Shown here: piece by piece, positions 26,741 to 38,826 of the stretch | How the letters are laid out: every line of letters starts with the position of its first letter | How positions within the stretch are numbered: the first letter of the stretch is position 1 | Source of the DNA: Vermamoeba vermiformis | Lineage: Eukaryota | Reading direction: 5' to 3' | DNA length: 64,000 bases | NCBI GenBank assembly: GCA_045837725.1 | Contig: JBEWZL010000266.1 | Location: 248,001 to 312,000, forward strand | Notes under the pieces: model-generated | What the model saw: the letters and a program-made list of their open reading frames with translations, nothing else | Databases searched by the model: none | Told to the model about the DNA's origin: nothing | Position numbers and translations under genes: made by a program

Positions 26741-27254
26741 AAGGAAAATTGCAGCAAATCCGAACAAACTTCCATTTTTGGACGATTCTTATCGTTTATA
26801 TATTAACGTGTACCTTAACAATGTCATCAAATAAATAAACTAGTTATAGTTTCCTTATTAATCTGCCGTGCTATCTTTCCGATTATTCGCTCTCTCAACA
26901 AAATGGAATATACTATTCTCTGCTGCAGTTGATGTAACACAGTTAGGTCTCAATAAGCATCACCTATTATATTAATAGTACTTGGATATTGCGGTAAGTC
27001 TAAACGAGAAGAATCAGGGATCTGAGCACGTGCAAGACAGACACCTTTGATCTCTTCTGAAAATAATCAAAAAAATCTTTGCATAATTTTTAGTGAACGT
27101 ACCTATGTTTTAGTGAACGGTTATACTTATTTGAACGCATAAATCACCATTAATCGGACATTACTTATTTTAATTAAATTTTGATAATTCTCTCTGCGTG
27201 TACACGCTTGTTCTTGCCCTTATTTCAGTTACTATATTCATGTATTTAATATAG

Positions 27255-28383
27255 ATGGAGGTTGGAGCATTTGATCGAGATATTGAAGACTCATTTAAGA
27301 AAGCTACAGATTTCGTCTCCAAAGCTAAATTCAAAGCGAGCAATGACGATAAATTAAAACTCTACGGCTATTTTAAACAAGCTACCGTTGGTCCGTGCAA
27401 TATTCCCAAGCCTGGATTTTTATATTTTGAAGAAAAGGCCAAATGGTACGAAATTTTTATGGATCTCGATTATTTTTGGAATTATTCTATCAATTTGAGA
27501 TTTCGGCAATTATTTTATATTCCAATATTATGTTACCCTTTTGGCAAATCACGCTTTAAGTTGATTAATTTTAACGAGATCCAGTACTTTGTTTTTTTGA
27601 CCGCGGATGCAGGGAGAAATGGAACGCGTTAGGCAAGATGAATAAAGACGAAGCGATGGAACAATACGTGCAAACACTAACAGCCCTCGTGCCTGATTGG
27701 CAGTCGAGTGATTATAAGCCTGTAAGTCACGTGGTGCCTCGTGCTTGTCGTCACAACACGCACTCACACAATTGTACTAATTAGGCGAGTGGATCTGACT
27801 CCGGAGGTTCGGGAATGAAAGCAGTCAGTCGAATGCAACAAGAAGAGTAAGATTTTATGAAGTGGCAGCTACACTTTGATATTCTTGTTGACACGTGTCA
27901 TTCAGGGAAGGCACGTCAGAGGTCTGGGATTGGGTCCGCAAAGGAGATCTGTTCAAACTGAAAGAGTGTCTCGACAAAGGTGTCAATGTTGATGCCAAGG
28001 ACGAAGAAGGCAGAACGCCGCTGCATTGGGCTGCGGACGGGTACGTGCCTCGGGGATTTTGCCATAAAAGGAAAAGAACATCAACTGACCTACCTTCTAG
28101 CGGCCATTTAGCTATTGCGACTGAACTGTTAGCACGCGGAGCCTCTGTAAATAATCAAGTGCGTAGAGTAACAATATTTAAGGCTCATAAATAATGTTCG
28201 TTATTATTGCTTTAGGACAATGAAGGTCAAACACCGTTACATTACGCATGCACTTGCGAACAAGACGATTTGATTGCACTACTGCTCAAGCACAAAGCAG
28301 ACGTGAATATTAAAGACAACAGTGGCGAATCACCTCTCGACATCAACGCATCCATTATCGAGTCTATGATGAACAGCATGTAA
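27255..28383 (+). CDS. Acyl-CoA-binding domain plus ankyrin repeats (ACBD6-like)
   Basis: KLKLYGYFKQATVGPCN...AKW ACBP motif; DEEGRTPLHWAAD and DNEGQTPLHYAC ankyrin repeats. Confidence 0.9.
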
Positions 28384-28442
28384 AAAAAGAACTAAAATCT
28401 CATTCTAACACTATTTACATCGAATTTAATATGTTACAATGC

Positions 28443-31400
28443 TTAGTACCAGTTCAAATAACCGTAAAACTCTAAGCCACAAATCGGCAAATTGTGCTGA
28501 TGCTGCGCTGATTTGCCACTCACAATCACGCGCAGATAACGATAAGGCTGTGATAATAGGATCGATTAGTTAGTGCTCGGCGGCTATAATATTATGACGT
28601 ACCTTGTGCTCGGGATTGAATTCAACGGGCCACGAGACAATCTTGCCAACATTGGCTGTGAATGAACCTGACTCGTTCGTGTGCTCACGTATGATTTCCC
28701 AATCAGAGTTATTATGTGAGCCCTAGTATTCATTAATATACATCACAATCATATGAAGCTCGCCAGTCTTACTTGCAAGCACCAATCAGCGACTCGAGCC
28801 TCGTTGTTTGGATTCGAGCAGATGTGCATCGAGTAACGACTGACGGTGAGTGAGCGATTGGGTCCTAAGTCCACAGACCACCACGCGGGGGCCTGTTCAT
28901 TGCCCGACACAAAACTGATGGTCGCGTAAGTCCTGTTGACGAGCATTTCAGGACGAGTGTAGCGTGAGATGGGCGCGGACGATGAAATGTTGATTTTGCC
29001 GCTCTTGTGCGGGTTCTGCCACCGTTCAGTGCGTCCATTTGTAGCGATCCAATAGAACACACCGTTTTCATCGCCGTCGAATGAAAATATCCTGCGCGGG
29101 AGATTAATGTGAGAAATTTCGAATTACACTTTGACACTTGAAGTGTCAGACTTACAGTTCTTTGGTCTGATTGGACTTTCTCAATTTCGTTCTAAATGCT
29201 TCAATTTTGCTGTTAGATTTGACAGCAGGCGGAGAATTCGATTCGAGCTCGTTCAGTGAAACACCGTAGACCTTGAGCGCATCCACAACGAGCTTGGCCA
29301 CGTAGTCCGTTGATTTGATAATAGGATTGGTCTTCATAATCTCGATTAAGTATTCTTTCGGGATCAGTGGGTAGCGCACGTAGGACAGCATTTGTTTCAG
29401 ATCTGACTCGCGCTCTGGATCCACCGTTTGACTTTCCAAATTAGGCAAGTCATCGTTCATCGCTTGTTCTGCAAACGAAAAATGAGACAAATAGATTCCC
29501 TATAAGGAAAGATTACCTTTTTTAGGACTAATAGGGATAATGACGTTGTTATTGTTGTTCATGAACGAGTCTTTGTTCACTGAATTAGCACCCCACTTCA
29601 TAATCGCCTCGTAGACTTGTCGTTCATTTTCAACGATCAATTCATCGTCAAAAATAATTTCGGTCAAATTTGATGCGCTGATCCAATCAAAATCTTCGGT
29701 CTGTGAAACTTTTGCAAAGTTTTGTTCAATGAATTTGATGGCAGACTGTCTTAACGCGGAGATTTTGTAAAAGTCCGCGACGGAGAGCACATAACACGCG
29801 TTGTTTGGACTCAACACGCGCACGAGTGCTTTGACCACAAATGACCGCAGCGGAAAAACTGCGTAACGATCGGCAAGCATCAATAGCGGAATAATTTCGT
29901 CTTCAATGTCCCTGTGATGCAAAAAATATGTTAATTAATTGATATTTCCTTCTATGGCAAGTGTTTTTTTTTTACCTCGATTCAAGATCTTCAATCGTGC
30001 CTTTGTAAAAATATTCGAGCAACAATTTGAAGGCCTCAGAATTGGTGTCGTGCATTGTAATGTCGCGCTAAATGATGTTAGCCATATATGGTAATGAATT
30101 ATACTTTTATATACCTGGCTGGACTCGCGCATCATGTTGTTCGTGAACATAGCGTAGAACGGATCCGACTTTAAAATGATAATTAATCATATATCGCCAT
30201 AGTATTATTAGTATAATACGTACTTGCATGGACAGTACTATTTTATGACCGTTTAATACTGTTCCGTCGTCAAAATTGAAGGTCAGATCTGAAAACTTGT
30301 CGTTCAAGAACAAACTCGAGAAGTCTAACAATTTTAACTATATAATATTAGTAAAATAGTATATTAAGAGCTACTATCACAAATCTACAATGAAATACGC
30401 GCGTGAAGTTCAAATCCGGAATTTGTAACGGACTAAATAGTACTTACTTCAAGAGGAGCAGTATTAACTTTAGTACTCATCAATTTCTTCTCCAAAAAAT
30501 CTTCTAATGGCTTAATATCGAAGTATTTGGCGTATTTTAACATGTCTTCAATTGGTACCTGAAAACAGATCCGTCAGAAATGGAAATACTCGACAATAAA
30601 TATGTACGTACGTTATTATCCTCTAATTGTAACTTCCCCGAGTATAAGAATTTGATAAAAACATTGAAGCAGACGTTGTTTGTAAGCTCTGAATTTTCAA
30701 GGCTCAGATCTACCACGCTATTTTCGTGTTGGTTCAGAAGAATTTCTCGCCATCGAAGGCAAGACGCATATAATACAGCTCTATGAGCGCATATAGGCTG
30801 CTCTTTGCTCGTTAAAGCAATACGACAATCGCTAAAAATAAATTAGTTTTCACTAACCACATCCAGTACAAATGGTTCGCCTTACCTCAATATAGGATTG
30901 TTAAACCATGTCTTAGGTTTCACTTGGGTGAATTTCTTCGCCAATCGATCTTCAGGTATAATAGGCGGGATGATTTTAATGTTTTTGATCGTAATTGGTG
31001 TATGCCAGCTAGTGAATCCAACGTAACGAATATTTTTAATTGAATTTCGGTCTTTCCACCTAAGTATGATGTTATATATCGCTTAATATGCATTATAATG
31101 CGATTACATGCCTTAAAATTTCCATTTCTCCTGCTTCGCCTTTTCCAAAACTGATCCGCGAGGCTTCAACGGTAATCCAGTATTTCTCGAAATCATTTGA
31201 GGTAATTAATCCTTCAGGGTAGTCTAAATAAGGAAATAATTACATTAATAAGATTTTTGTTGCAACAGATCTGACTTTTTTCAGTGAATCAAACAAAAAT
31301 AAACTTACCAGTCTTAGTAATGTAAGATTGTTGTTGACCTTTGCGTCTTATACAAGTTTTGCTATTTAACCACCCTCCTATGACAACCTATCGCTGAAAG

Positions 31401-31845
31401 TAAGTGGATCTGATCGGGATCTGTCGCGTGTCAAAAAAATAATTACCTCATATGAAGAGCTTTCATCACGACCATCTTGACCCACGCAAATATTATCATC
31501 TGTGTGTAGAGCAACAGTAATGTCATTTGTTCCTTTCGCCTAATAAATAAAATGGAATTAGCCTAATATTTTTCCGGATTCAATTGCACACGAAAATAGA
31601 TTTTATCGTCGTTTATAGCTCTAAATAAGTACATACTAATTTATATAATAATTTTAGCGATAAACTAACACTTAATGCAATTAAGAAATGCGATCTCGAC
31701 TGTTGTCTTTTGATCAAACAATTATAAATTCACTTACTTCAAAGGTGATAGTGCCACTATTTTCATCGGGCAATTTTTCCTCGAGCCACACGTACGAGCC
31801 CATCATAGCTCCGAGTTCTAACTCTCGGCCATTGAATCTCTTCAT
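28443..31845 (-). CDS. Multi-domain BTB/POZ-BACK protein with N-terminal farnesoic-acid-O-methyltransferase-like domain and C-terminal F5/8 (discoidin)-like domain
   Basis: FSDLTF...HKIVL (BTB), ENERQVYEAIMKW (BACK), WWSVDLG / ADWCLQ / YLRV / GLEFYG (discoidin-like); N-terminal TFEAKGTND...IGGWLNSK. Confidence 0.8.
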
Positions 31846-32167
31846 GATCTCGCTATCGTTTCAACAAACAAGGTGATACCCGCTTATTATCAATACAGTG
31901 GTGCTGTTATATGGTTTAATAATATGCACTTGTTGTTTGGCAGACAACTAAATTGGAAACACAAATACAGACTTTTAGTTTCGCACGTCAAGCTCGAGAC
32001 AAATGCTCGAAATTGCTCCAAAAGCTCTCTGTTGCTGTTATATATAGCTGTAATCTAATATGATTATCGAGCCACGAGGCTAAGAAGGGTTGGTAGAAAT
32101 CTTAATTCTTTTTTTAAAAAGCATGGTTCAGACACCGATCTGAATTCTCGCAATAGTTTAGTAATAC

Positions 32168-32868
32168 TTAACGAGCTTTAATATTATGTATTTTCGTTTG
32201 CACAATTGTCTCTATCGCCTCATCCAAGGTTAAAATTTGAAACGAAGTCGAATCCCTTCCTTCTTCGCGTAATCGATGAGTATACAATACTGTGTACGTA
32301 AATAATACTATTACGTTGTTATCGGAGCACCATTCAATGCGACGACTGCTAAGAGGATGATTACCGCGTTTAGGAACTGAAAGGGTGGTTAGATCGAGCT
32401 CCAGACGAAGCAAATGCTGTACTTACTATATAATAAGGGCGTGGTTCGTGTTTTACATCGTTTGCACGAGGCTAAGAATTTCTTGGGCAAAAAACGAGGG
32501 AAAAAATACTGATCGAAGCATTTTCTCAATTCAGATCTCAAATCCTCGATTCGTAACTCGTCATTATAATACAAGCTTTTTAAATTTTTCTGTAGTTCCT
32601 CGATCTTGGTCCCTAAATCGAATTAAATAATAAATCAGAGAATTTTATTGAAAAATAATGTAGAAATTCATAGCTTACCCATTGAAAGCTTTTGTTTGAA
32701 TAAATTTCTATTTCTACGAATTTCTTTTAGCATAAATTGGTCAACCAGCATTACTCGGCTGTGATCTTGAAACGCTTCTGGATCTTGAGCTGTGTACTCG
32801 AATACGTGAGATATAATCTCCGCAGGAAGACTAGTGAATATATTGTTGTTATTATTATTATCTTCCAT
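32168..32868 (-). CDS. F-box-like orphan protein, tandem paralog A
   Basis: FTSLPAEIISHVFEY, then RSELRKCFDQYFFPRF...CKRCK; 2 introns. Confidence 0.65.
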
Positions 32869-32963
32869 AATGCATGTTGTCTTTAACGCAGCGTTGGTAA
32901 AAAAAGCGACACTTGTCTTTTTTTGGATCCAACAACGATCATCAAAGGGACAAGTCACGTAAT

Positions 32964-33641
32964 TTATTGCTTAACAAGTCGCCTCCTAGTATTTGCTTTT
33001 GCTTGTATTATCCGTTCTATTGCCTCATCCACCGTCAAAGGATGATACGATTTGAAACTTTGTTCGCGCTCACGATGAGAAAAAGGAATGTGCGTGTACT
33101 CAATAGTCCATTTATATAAGAGTAGTACGTTTTGATGCGAGCACCAGACAATCAGTCGTGTCTCGTCTCTAGGACTTACTGCATAGAGAGTTAGTCCGAT
33201 CCAGGATTACAATGTCATAACTTACTGTTCAATAAGGTTTCAGTACGCTTCTTACATCGTCTGCATGCTTTCAAGAACTTCTCGGTAAAATAGCGAGGAA
33301 AAAAATACTGATCGAAGTTTTTTCTCAATTCAGATCTTGTTTCTTCTGGTAGTAACGTATCGTTCGCATATATTTTGAAGAGGTTTTCTTTCAATTGAGG
33401 AACTTGACACTCTACATAAAGAGGATAAAAGTTAGAAGATCGGACGTAGATTTGGTCCCGTACCTAAAAGCCTTTGTTTAAATAAAGCAATATTATTGGT
33501 AACTTCGCGTTTGAAAAACTTGTCAACTAGGCTGATCCGACGATATTCTTGCACCGTTTCGGGATCTGCCGCGATGTATTCGAATATTTTTGTTAGAATA
33601 GCTCCAGTAAGGTTGTAGAAGGCACAGTTGTTAATCTCCAT
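32964..33641 (-). CDS. F-box-like orphan protein, tandem paralog B
   Basis: FYNLTGAILTKIFEY, RSELRKNFDQYFFPRY...CRRCK, LTVDEAIE; similar 3-exon layout to paralog A. Confidence 0.65.
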
Positions 33642-33799
33642 ATGAAAGGGATCAAAATATGTAATTAACAATCTTGTCGCTCTGCTGTTGTCGTGCCTGT
33701 CAAAGAAAGCTGAAATTGATCGAGAAAATTTGGTAAGTCGACTGCAAAACTGAAAAATTTATTTTACTAAGGATTTTAGATGCTACTCACGCTGTATCT

Positions 33800-34205
33800 T
33801 TACATGAACGGTTCAAAGCAATCGTAGTTTCGTTGACGATAGATTTTGCCGTCTTTAAATTCAAAAAATTGCGAAAAATACGCCACAATTTGTCCTCCGG
33901 CTGGTAATTTGCCCAATGGTACAGATACAGTTCCTCTCCATATAGCCTCTAATATAACAACATCTCCTGCTGAATGTAGCTTTTTGACTTCGATATCTTG
34001 CTTAGCCATTATTTTTCTGCCGCTCTCATTCGCTTTTTTTAATGCCTCAATTCCTTACAGCGGTAACGGGTGTAATTGCATTAGGAAACTCTGTTTGTTC
34101 GGCATCTGGATGGTAGAAAGTCTCGATCAGGTCCTGCTTGTCTTCAGTAAGCGCCTTTAAAAAGGCCAAGACTATTTTTTCGTTTTCTGTATGCTTGTCC
34201 GTCAT
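33800..34205 (-). pseudogene. Intronless SnoaL/NTF2-like protein, bacterial type, with a frameshift near 34050
   Basis: MTDK...FYHPDAEQTEFPNAITP is in one frame; EALKKANESGRKIMAKQ...FEFKDGKIYRQRNYDCFEPF is in another. Confidence 0.7.
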
Positions 34206-34333
34206 ATGTTGTTGATTCTATTGTTAAACTCAAAATTCATCTTGGTTTAAATGACTTCGCTCGTAAATTCAGTGAACACAATAGGTCAACGCTAGTCAAA
34301 ACTGTAAGTTTACTATCTGAGCTCTATCAGACT

Positions 34334-36333
34334 CTATTCTAATAATACAAGTGCTGTTAATACCAAAAAGAAAGCACAGTGCGTAACTGAGGCCTCGCTA
34401 GTGACGGTGGATCCAGGAGCGTTATTGTTAGGTGAGCCGTTATTGCTGCTCGGCGAGTCTGATATTGTAGGAGGGTACTCAGGGTTTGCTACAGGCTTGA
34501 AGGCATAACAACCAATGTCGTAGTCGCCTGACCTGAAATTTCCATCGTTGTCGATCTGTGGCGCAAAAGTGGCATTACCCATGCCAATGAATGGTGACGT
34601 GGCATTGTCTTTCAAACGATAATTGAAATTTTCTGCGTCAACGAAGTAACTGGCCACTTCTTCAGCAGTCCATCTCTTGATCGCATTTGAATTGACGCTT
34701 TCAGCTCCGTCGAGATTAACCAACGAATTGGCTATATTGTTTTGAATAATATTACCATAGAATCCGCTATTCTAAAATACAACATGGTCTTAGCGGATTG
34801 ATCACAAAGAAGGAAGATCCGATCAGTACTTACTGTGGTGATCCAAGCAGGCGTGGCGCCAGTAGGATTATGCACGGTGTTGCTAATGATTCTGCAATTC
34901 GTCGAGTGGTACATTGCAATGCCGTGGTAGTCTTTTTCAATGAGCACGAGGTTGTTCTCGATGGTCACATTGTACAAGGGCACGTCAAAGGAAGCTGGCG
35001 AAAATATCTGTTAGAATAGGACGATAATTGCTATATTCCTAGTACTGTATTACGTACAAATTCCTTGAAAACTGGCAGCAAAAGGACGATTCTGGTCAAC
35101 GCCCGAAAAGAATCTGTTGTTGCGCACTGTTACGTTCTGCAAACTGAATTTGTTGCCGTTGGTGAACATTTGCAAGCCATCACGATGATCAGCACCGCCA
35201 TCGACATTCATGCTGTTTTGCACAAGATTGAACTCGATCAACGTGTTGTTGTGCAGGACTCTGAAGCCATCGCCGATGAAGTAGTTGATGACATTGCGCT
35301 GAACAAGAGTGTTCTCGCTCATCACTACAAAGCCTCTCCTATTAAACAAGGTGTTACTCACGAGCTCATTGTCTATATAGAGACTTACTTGTTGTGATAG
35401 AGATAATTGTCTCGGAGGATCAAACTTTTCGTGTCGCGGGTGAACACCGCCGTAGCACTCGCGTTGAAAAGAGCTTCCTGAGGCTTATTTCTATAGTACT
35501 CGAGGTCTGTGTACGAATAGACTGTATTCTTCTCGAAGATATTGTCATAAGAAGGTCCTAATGACGTCACAATTAACACTGGATCTACACCTTAAGACGA
35601 AAAGACGTACCTTGGAAACCGCTTCCTTGCTTACAATACTGAGTCCTGGATTGGGATCGGGTGACGTAAAGTTAAGACACTTGATGACCCAATTAGCAGA
35701 GCTTGCCAAGCTAAACTCATGAACGACAGGTGCGTGTCCTAGATCTCCGGTGATAGTGATTGGAATTTCGTTGTAAAAGTTCTGGATGTTAATCATGCTG
35801 TGCACTCCGTTGCGCAGAGCAATGACATCACCGCCAACAATAATTCCGTTCGGGTTTTTATCGGCGAACGATGTCGGTGGAAACACCCCGTTGTAATTGG
35901 ACAAGGTGCGCGACTTTACTTGCGAGAGCGCAGTATCAAATGACTTCCAGGGACTTAAAATTATGACGTTAATTGTGGTATCAATAAGAGGTGCCCATTG
36001 GGGACGTTCAACAGTGGATAATGAGAATCAAAATGTGACTGATTCAATTAACTGATTCGCCGTTAACCTGAAAAATTTAAGGCTCCATATAATGACTTAC
36101 TTGCTAGCAGAACCATCTCCAGTGTCACTTCCAGCAGGATCCACGTAGAAGATATTGCAGTTGGATCTGCCACAATACTGCGATACGGGAGCTACAAAAC
36201 GAACCCTTAAGTACTCTTCACTATACGAAAGGTATCAAAGTTACGTACCATTGCATTGCGGATAAAAAGAAGACAGCGCAACAGTTGCGACTGAAGCCAA
36301 GAGTACTGCGAGTACGAAGACTTGACCAGTCAT
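34334..36333 (-). CDS. Secreted, probably GPI-anchored right-handed parallel beta-helix (pectin-lyase-like) protein
   Basis: Signal peptide, FYVDPAGSDTGDGS, GGDVIALRNG, Asn-rich PbH1-type repeats, HRDGLQ, DIGCY, Ser/Pro stalk and hydrophobic C-terminus. Confidence 0.78.
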
Positions 36334-37248
36334 GTTGTGGTAGCTTGAAGCGAGAGCTAAATAAATGCAACGAAACATTTGTTGACCATTGACACGATAA
36401 AGCGTATCTCCCAAACCAAATTTAGCCATCGGAGGTGGACACTGGTGTCCCGCAGATTTTTGTCCGAATCACTGTTTGCGTCCAGTTATATTCGCACTAC
36501 TAGGGCTATTGTTATATCATGATTAGCAACTCATGTTCTCTCGAGTTACTCGCGAGACTGCAGGGGCATCTAACAAAATACAAGTACTCTGATGCATGAT
36601 TGACGAAATGAACAGATTCTGGCGTATCACCTAATATTATATTAGTTCGATACCATTAATGAAAGGATAAGGAATGTTCGGAAATTTATTTTGTGAGGCA
36701 GAAAACTCCGTCCCGGATCCAATTTCAATTCGAACTTCTCCGTGGCACAAGACACCACAACTCAATAACTCAGCATTAAAATGTCGCACGCACATGCTTT
36801 TATTCAAGTCATCGAGCACTTGATCTCCCCAGCCTCTTCCAACGCACTAACTTTTCTGACATTTAAAATAAATCATATTCACAAGATGCGGGCATTATCT
36901 AATGCAAAAGTAAGTTGGTTGATTAATATTGCTAATATTAATGCATCCAATTTAAGGCAATAATCAAGCGACTTCAGCCAAAAACTGTCAGCGAATTTAC
37001 TCCGAAGCAGAGATCCATATCTGAGCCTGTTAAAGAAGCGTCCACTGCTCTGAAAGTACCTACAAACGCCACTAAAGACTTTGTATAATTCCGTAATTGT
37101 TTATCTGAATAAACCGTTGCCGATGGAATTTCATCGGAGTTAAAATATCGAAAGAGAATTCACTCCTATAAATTCGGGCGGCTAATTAGTGAAAAGGACT
37201 TGGAACGGCGGTTAATTCATTTTCAGATTGTCATCAAAAGACAGCACA

Positions 37249-38367
37249 ATGTTAGCTCGCAAAATTTTATCATCTGTCAGAGCTCTTGGATCCGTGGCAA
37301 GATCGCAGCGACATTTCGGCCCAGTACTGAGCCTACGTGTGGCAAAACCAGTGTGGCAACGAAAAAATAGTATATTTAACTCCCCTTTAAATAATCCTCA
37401 CCGCCACCTCTTGCACACGTCACGACCTGTTAGGATCGCATCAGCCCTCACAAATCTGGATCCCGGAGCAGTGCACGTAGCTCATTCTTTCTTAGAACAA
37501 GCTATTCACGTCCATTGGATTCAAAGATTTATCGGAGTAATTCATTCGTGGGGTTTGCCGTGGTACCAAGCCATCGCAGCGACTACAGTATTGTTTCGAA
37601 CAATTTTCCTGCCTCTCAACATAGATCTGCTTCGTAACTCATCAAGATTGAATTCAATACGAGAAGAACTCACTAAGAAAGAAGATGCTTTAGCGAAAGC
37701 AACCTCTGACGAAGAGAAACTCAAAATTGCAACGGAAGTTCAAGATCTATTCAAAGAACGAAAATGCAGCCCGTATAAGAACATCATTACGCCATTTGTA
37801 ATGATACCCGTCTTTGTATCAATATTCTTTGCTGTTGAAGGCTTGTCCTACTTGCATCCAGAAATGACAACCGGAGGAACTCTTTGGTTTACAGATCTGA
37901 GCAAACCAGATCCGTCTTACTTCTTGCCTATTGTCTCTGCAGTAACTTGGCTTGCGACAATTGAGGTAAGAAGCATTATTTTTCAATTAATTAATGTGGA
38001 TCCCAATATTTCCCGATCAAGTATTCTAATAATCCTCTTACCTTAGCTCGGCGGCGATATTCCTCGAACAGAACGCATGAAATGGTTTCGTAATGCATTG
38101 GCGTACGTTTCTCTTGCACTGATACCGGTTACTTTTCCGATCCCTGCGGTAAGTTCAGTGGCGCTATAAATCGATATTATATGTCACTAATCATACGTAT
38201 AGGGTATATTTGTCTACTGGATCTCTTCGAACCTATTCAGCCTGGCTCAGATCTTAACCATGCGAAATACTAAGTTGCGACGCAGACTAGGTTTTCCTCT
38301 TCAACAAGTAGAGGAAAAACAAAAACAAAATGTACAGTCTAACGACAAGCTTGGGTTAACTGTATGA
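37249..38367 (+). CDS. Mitochondrial Oxa1/YidC/Cox18-family insertase
   Basis: Mitochondrial presequence, GLPWYQAI...RTIFLP, GGTLWFTDLSKPDP, YWISSNLFS. Confidence 0.88.
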
Positions 38368-38826
38368 AATAAAAGAATCAGAACTGAATTTAATTTTTCG
38401 CGCCTTCGATCGCTTCTCGCAAATTATTTGAGCATTATTATTCTTTGCATTAAAATCATCTCGTGCAAATAACTTGCCTTAATGAGAATGATTTCCCTTC
38501 TCTTTGAATTTTTTTGGCATCTCATCTCATTTTTGGTTTGACTTGTGGTTGGGTGCAAAACTAAATTAATTTGGATAGGAAACATCGGCATGGTGCTGGT
38601 GTTATATATATATAATGGATTTTGTTATTGAAGATAAAAAACGCTCTCGTTGCTTTTTCAAAGCGAAAGCGAGAAAGATAATTTTTTGCAACACAAACAG
38701 CATTGTTATTCTTGCTCAATATTGGATAACACATCAACCTGGGCCCAACTGAAGGTTATTAACTTTGTATTTTATTTATCTTGTTAGAGATCACTCGAAT
38801 CAGCAAAACTTTACCAGTAACTGACG

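Noticed and set aside
36533..37088. Possible small spliced gene (MFSRVTRE…PTNATKDFV*)
   Set aside because: Splice-like signals exist, but I could not build a unique gene model or recognise a family
38409..38419. ATCGCTTCTCG, identical to the 5' end of U2 snRNA
   Set aside because: The match ends after 11 nt, with no GTAGTA branch-pairing sequence downstream
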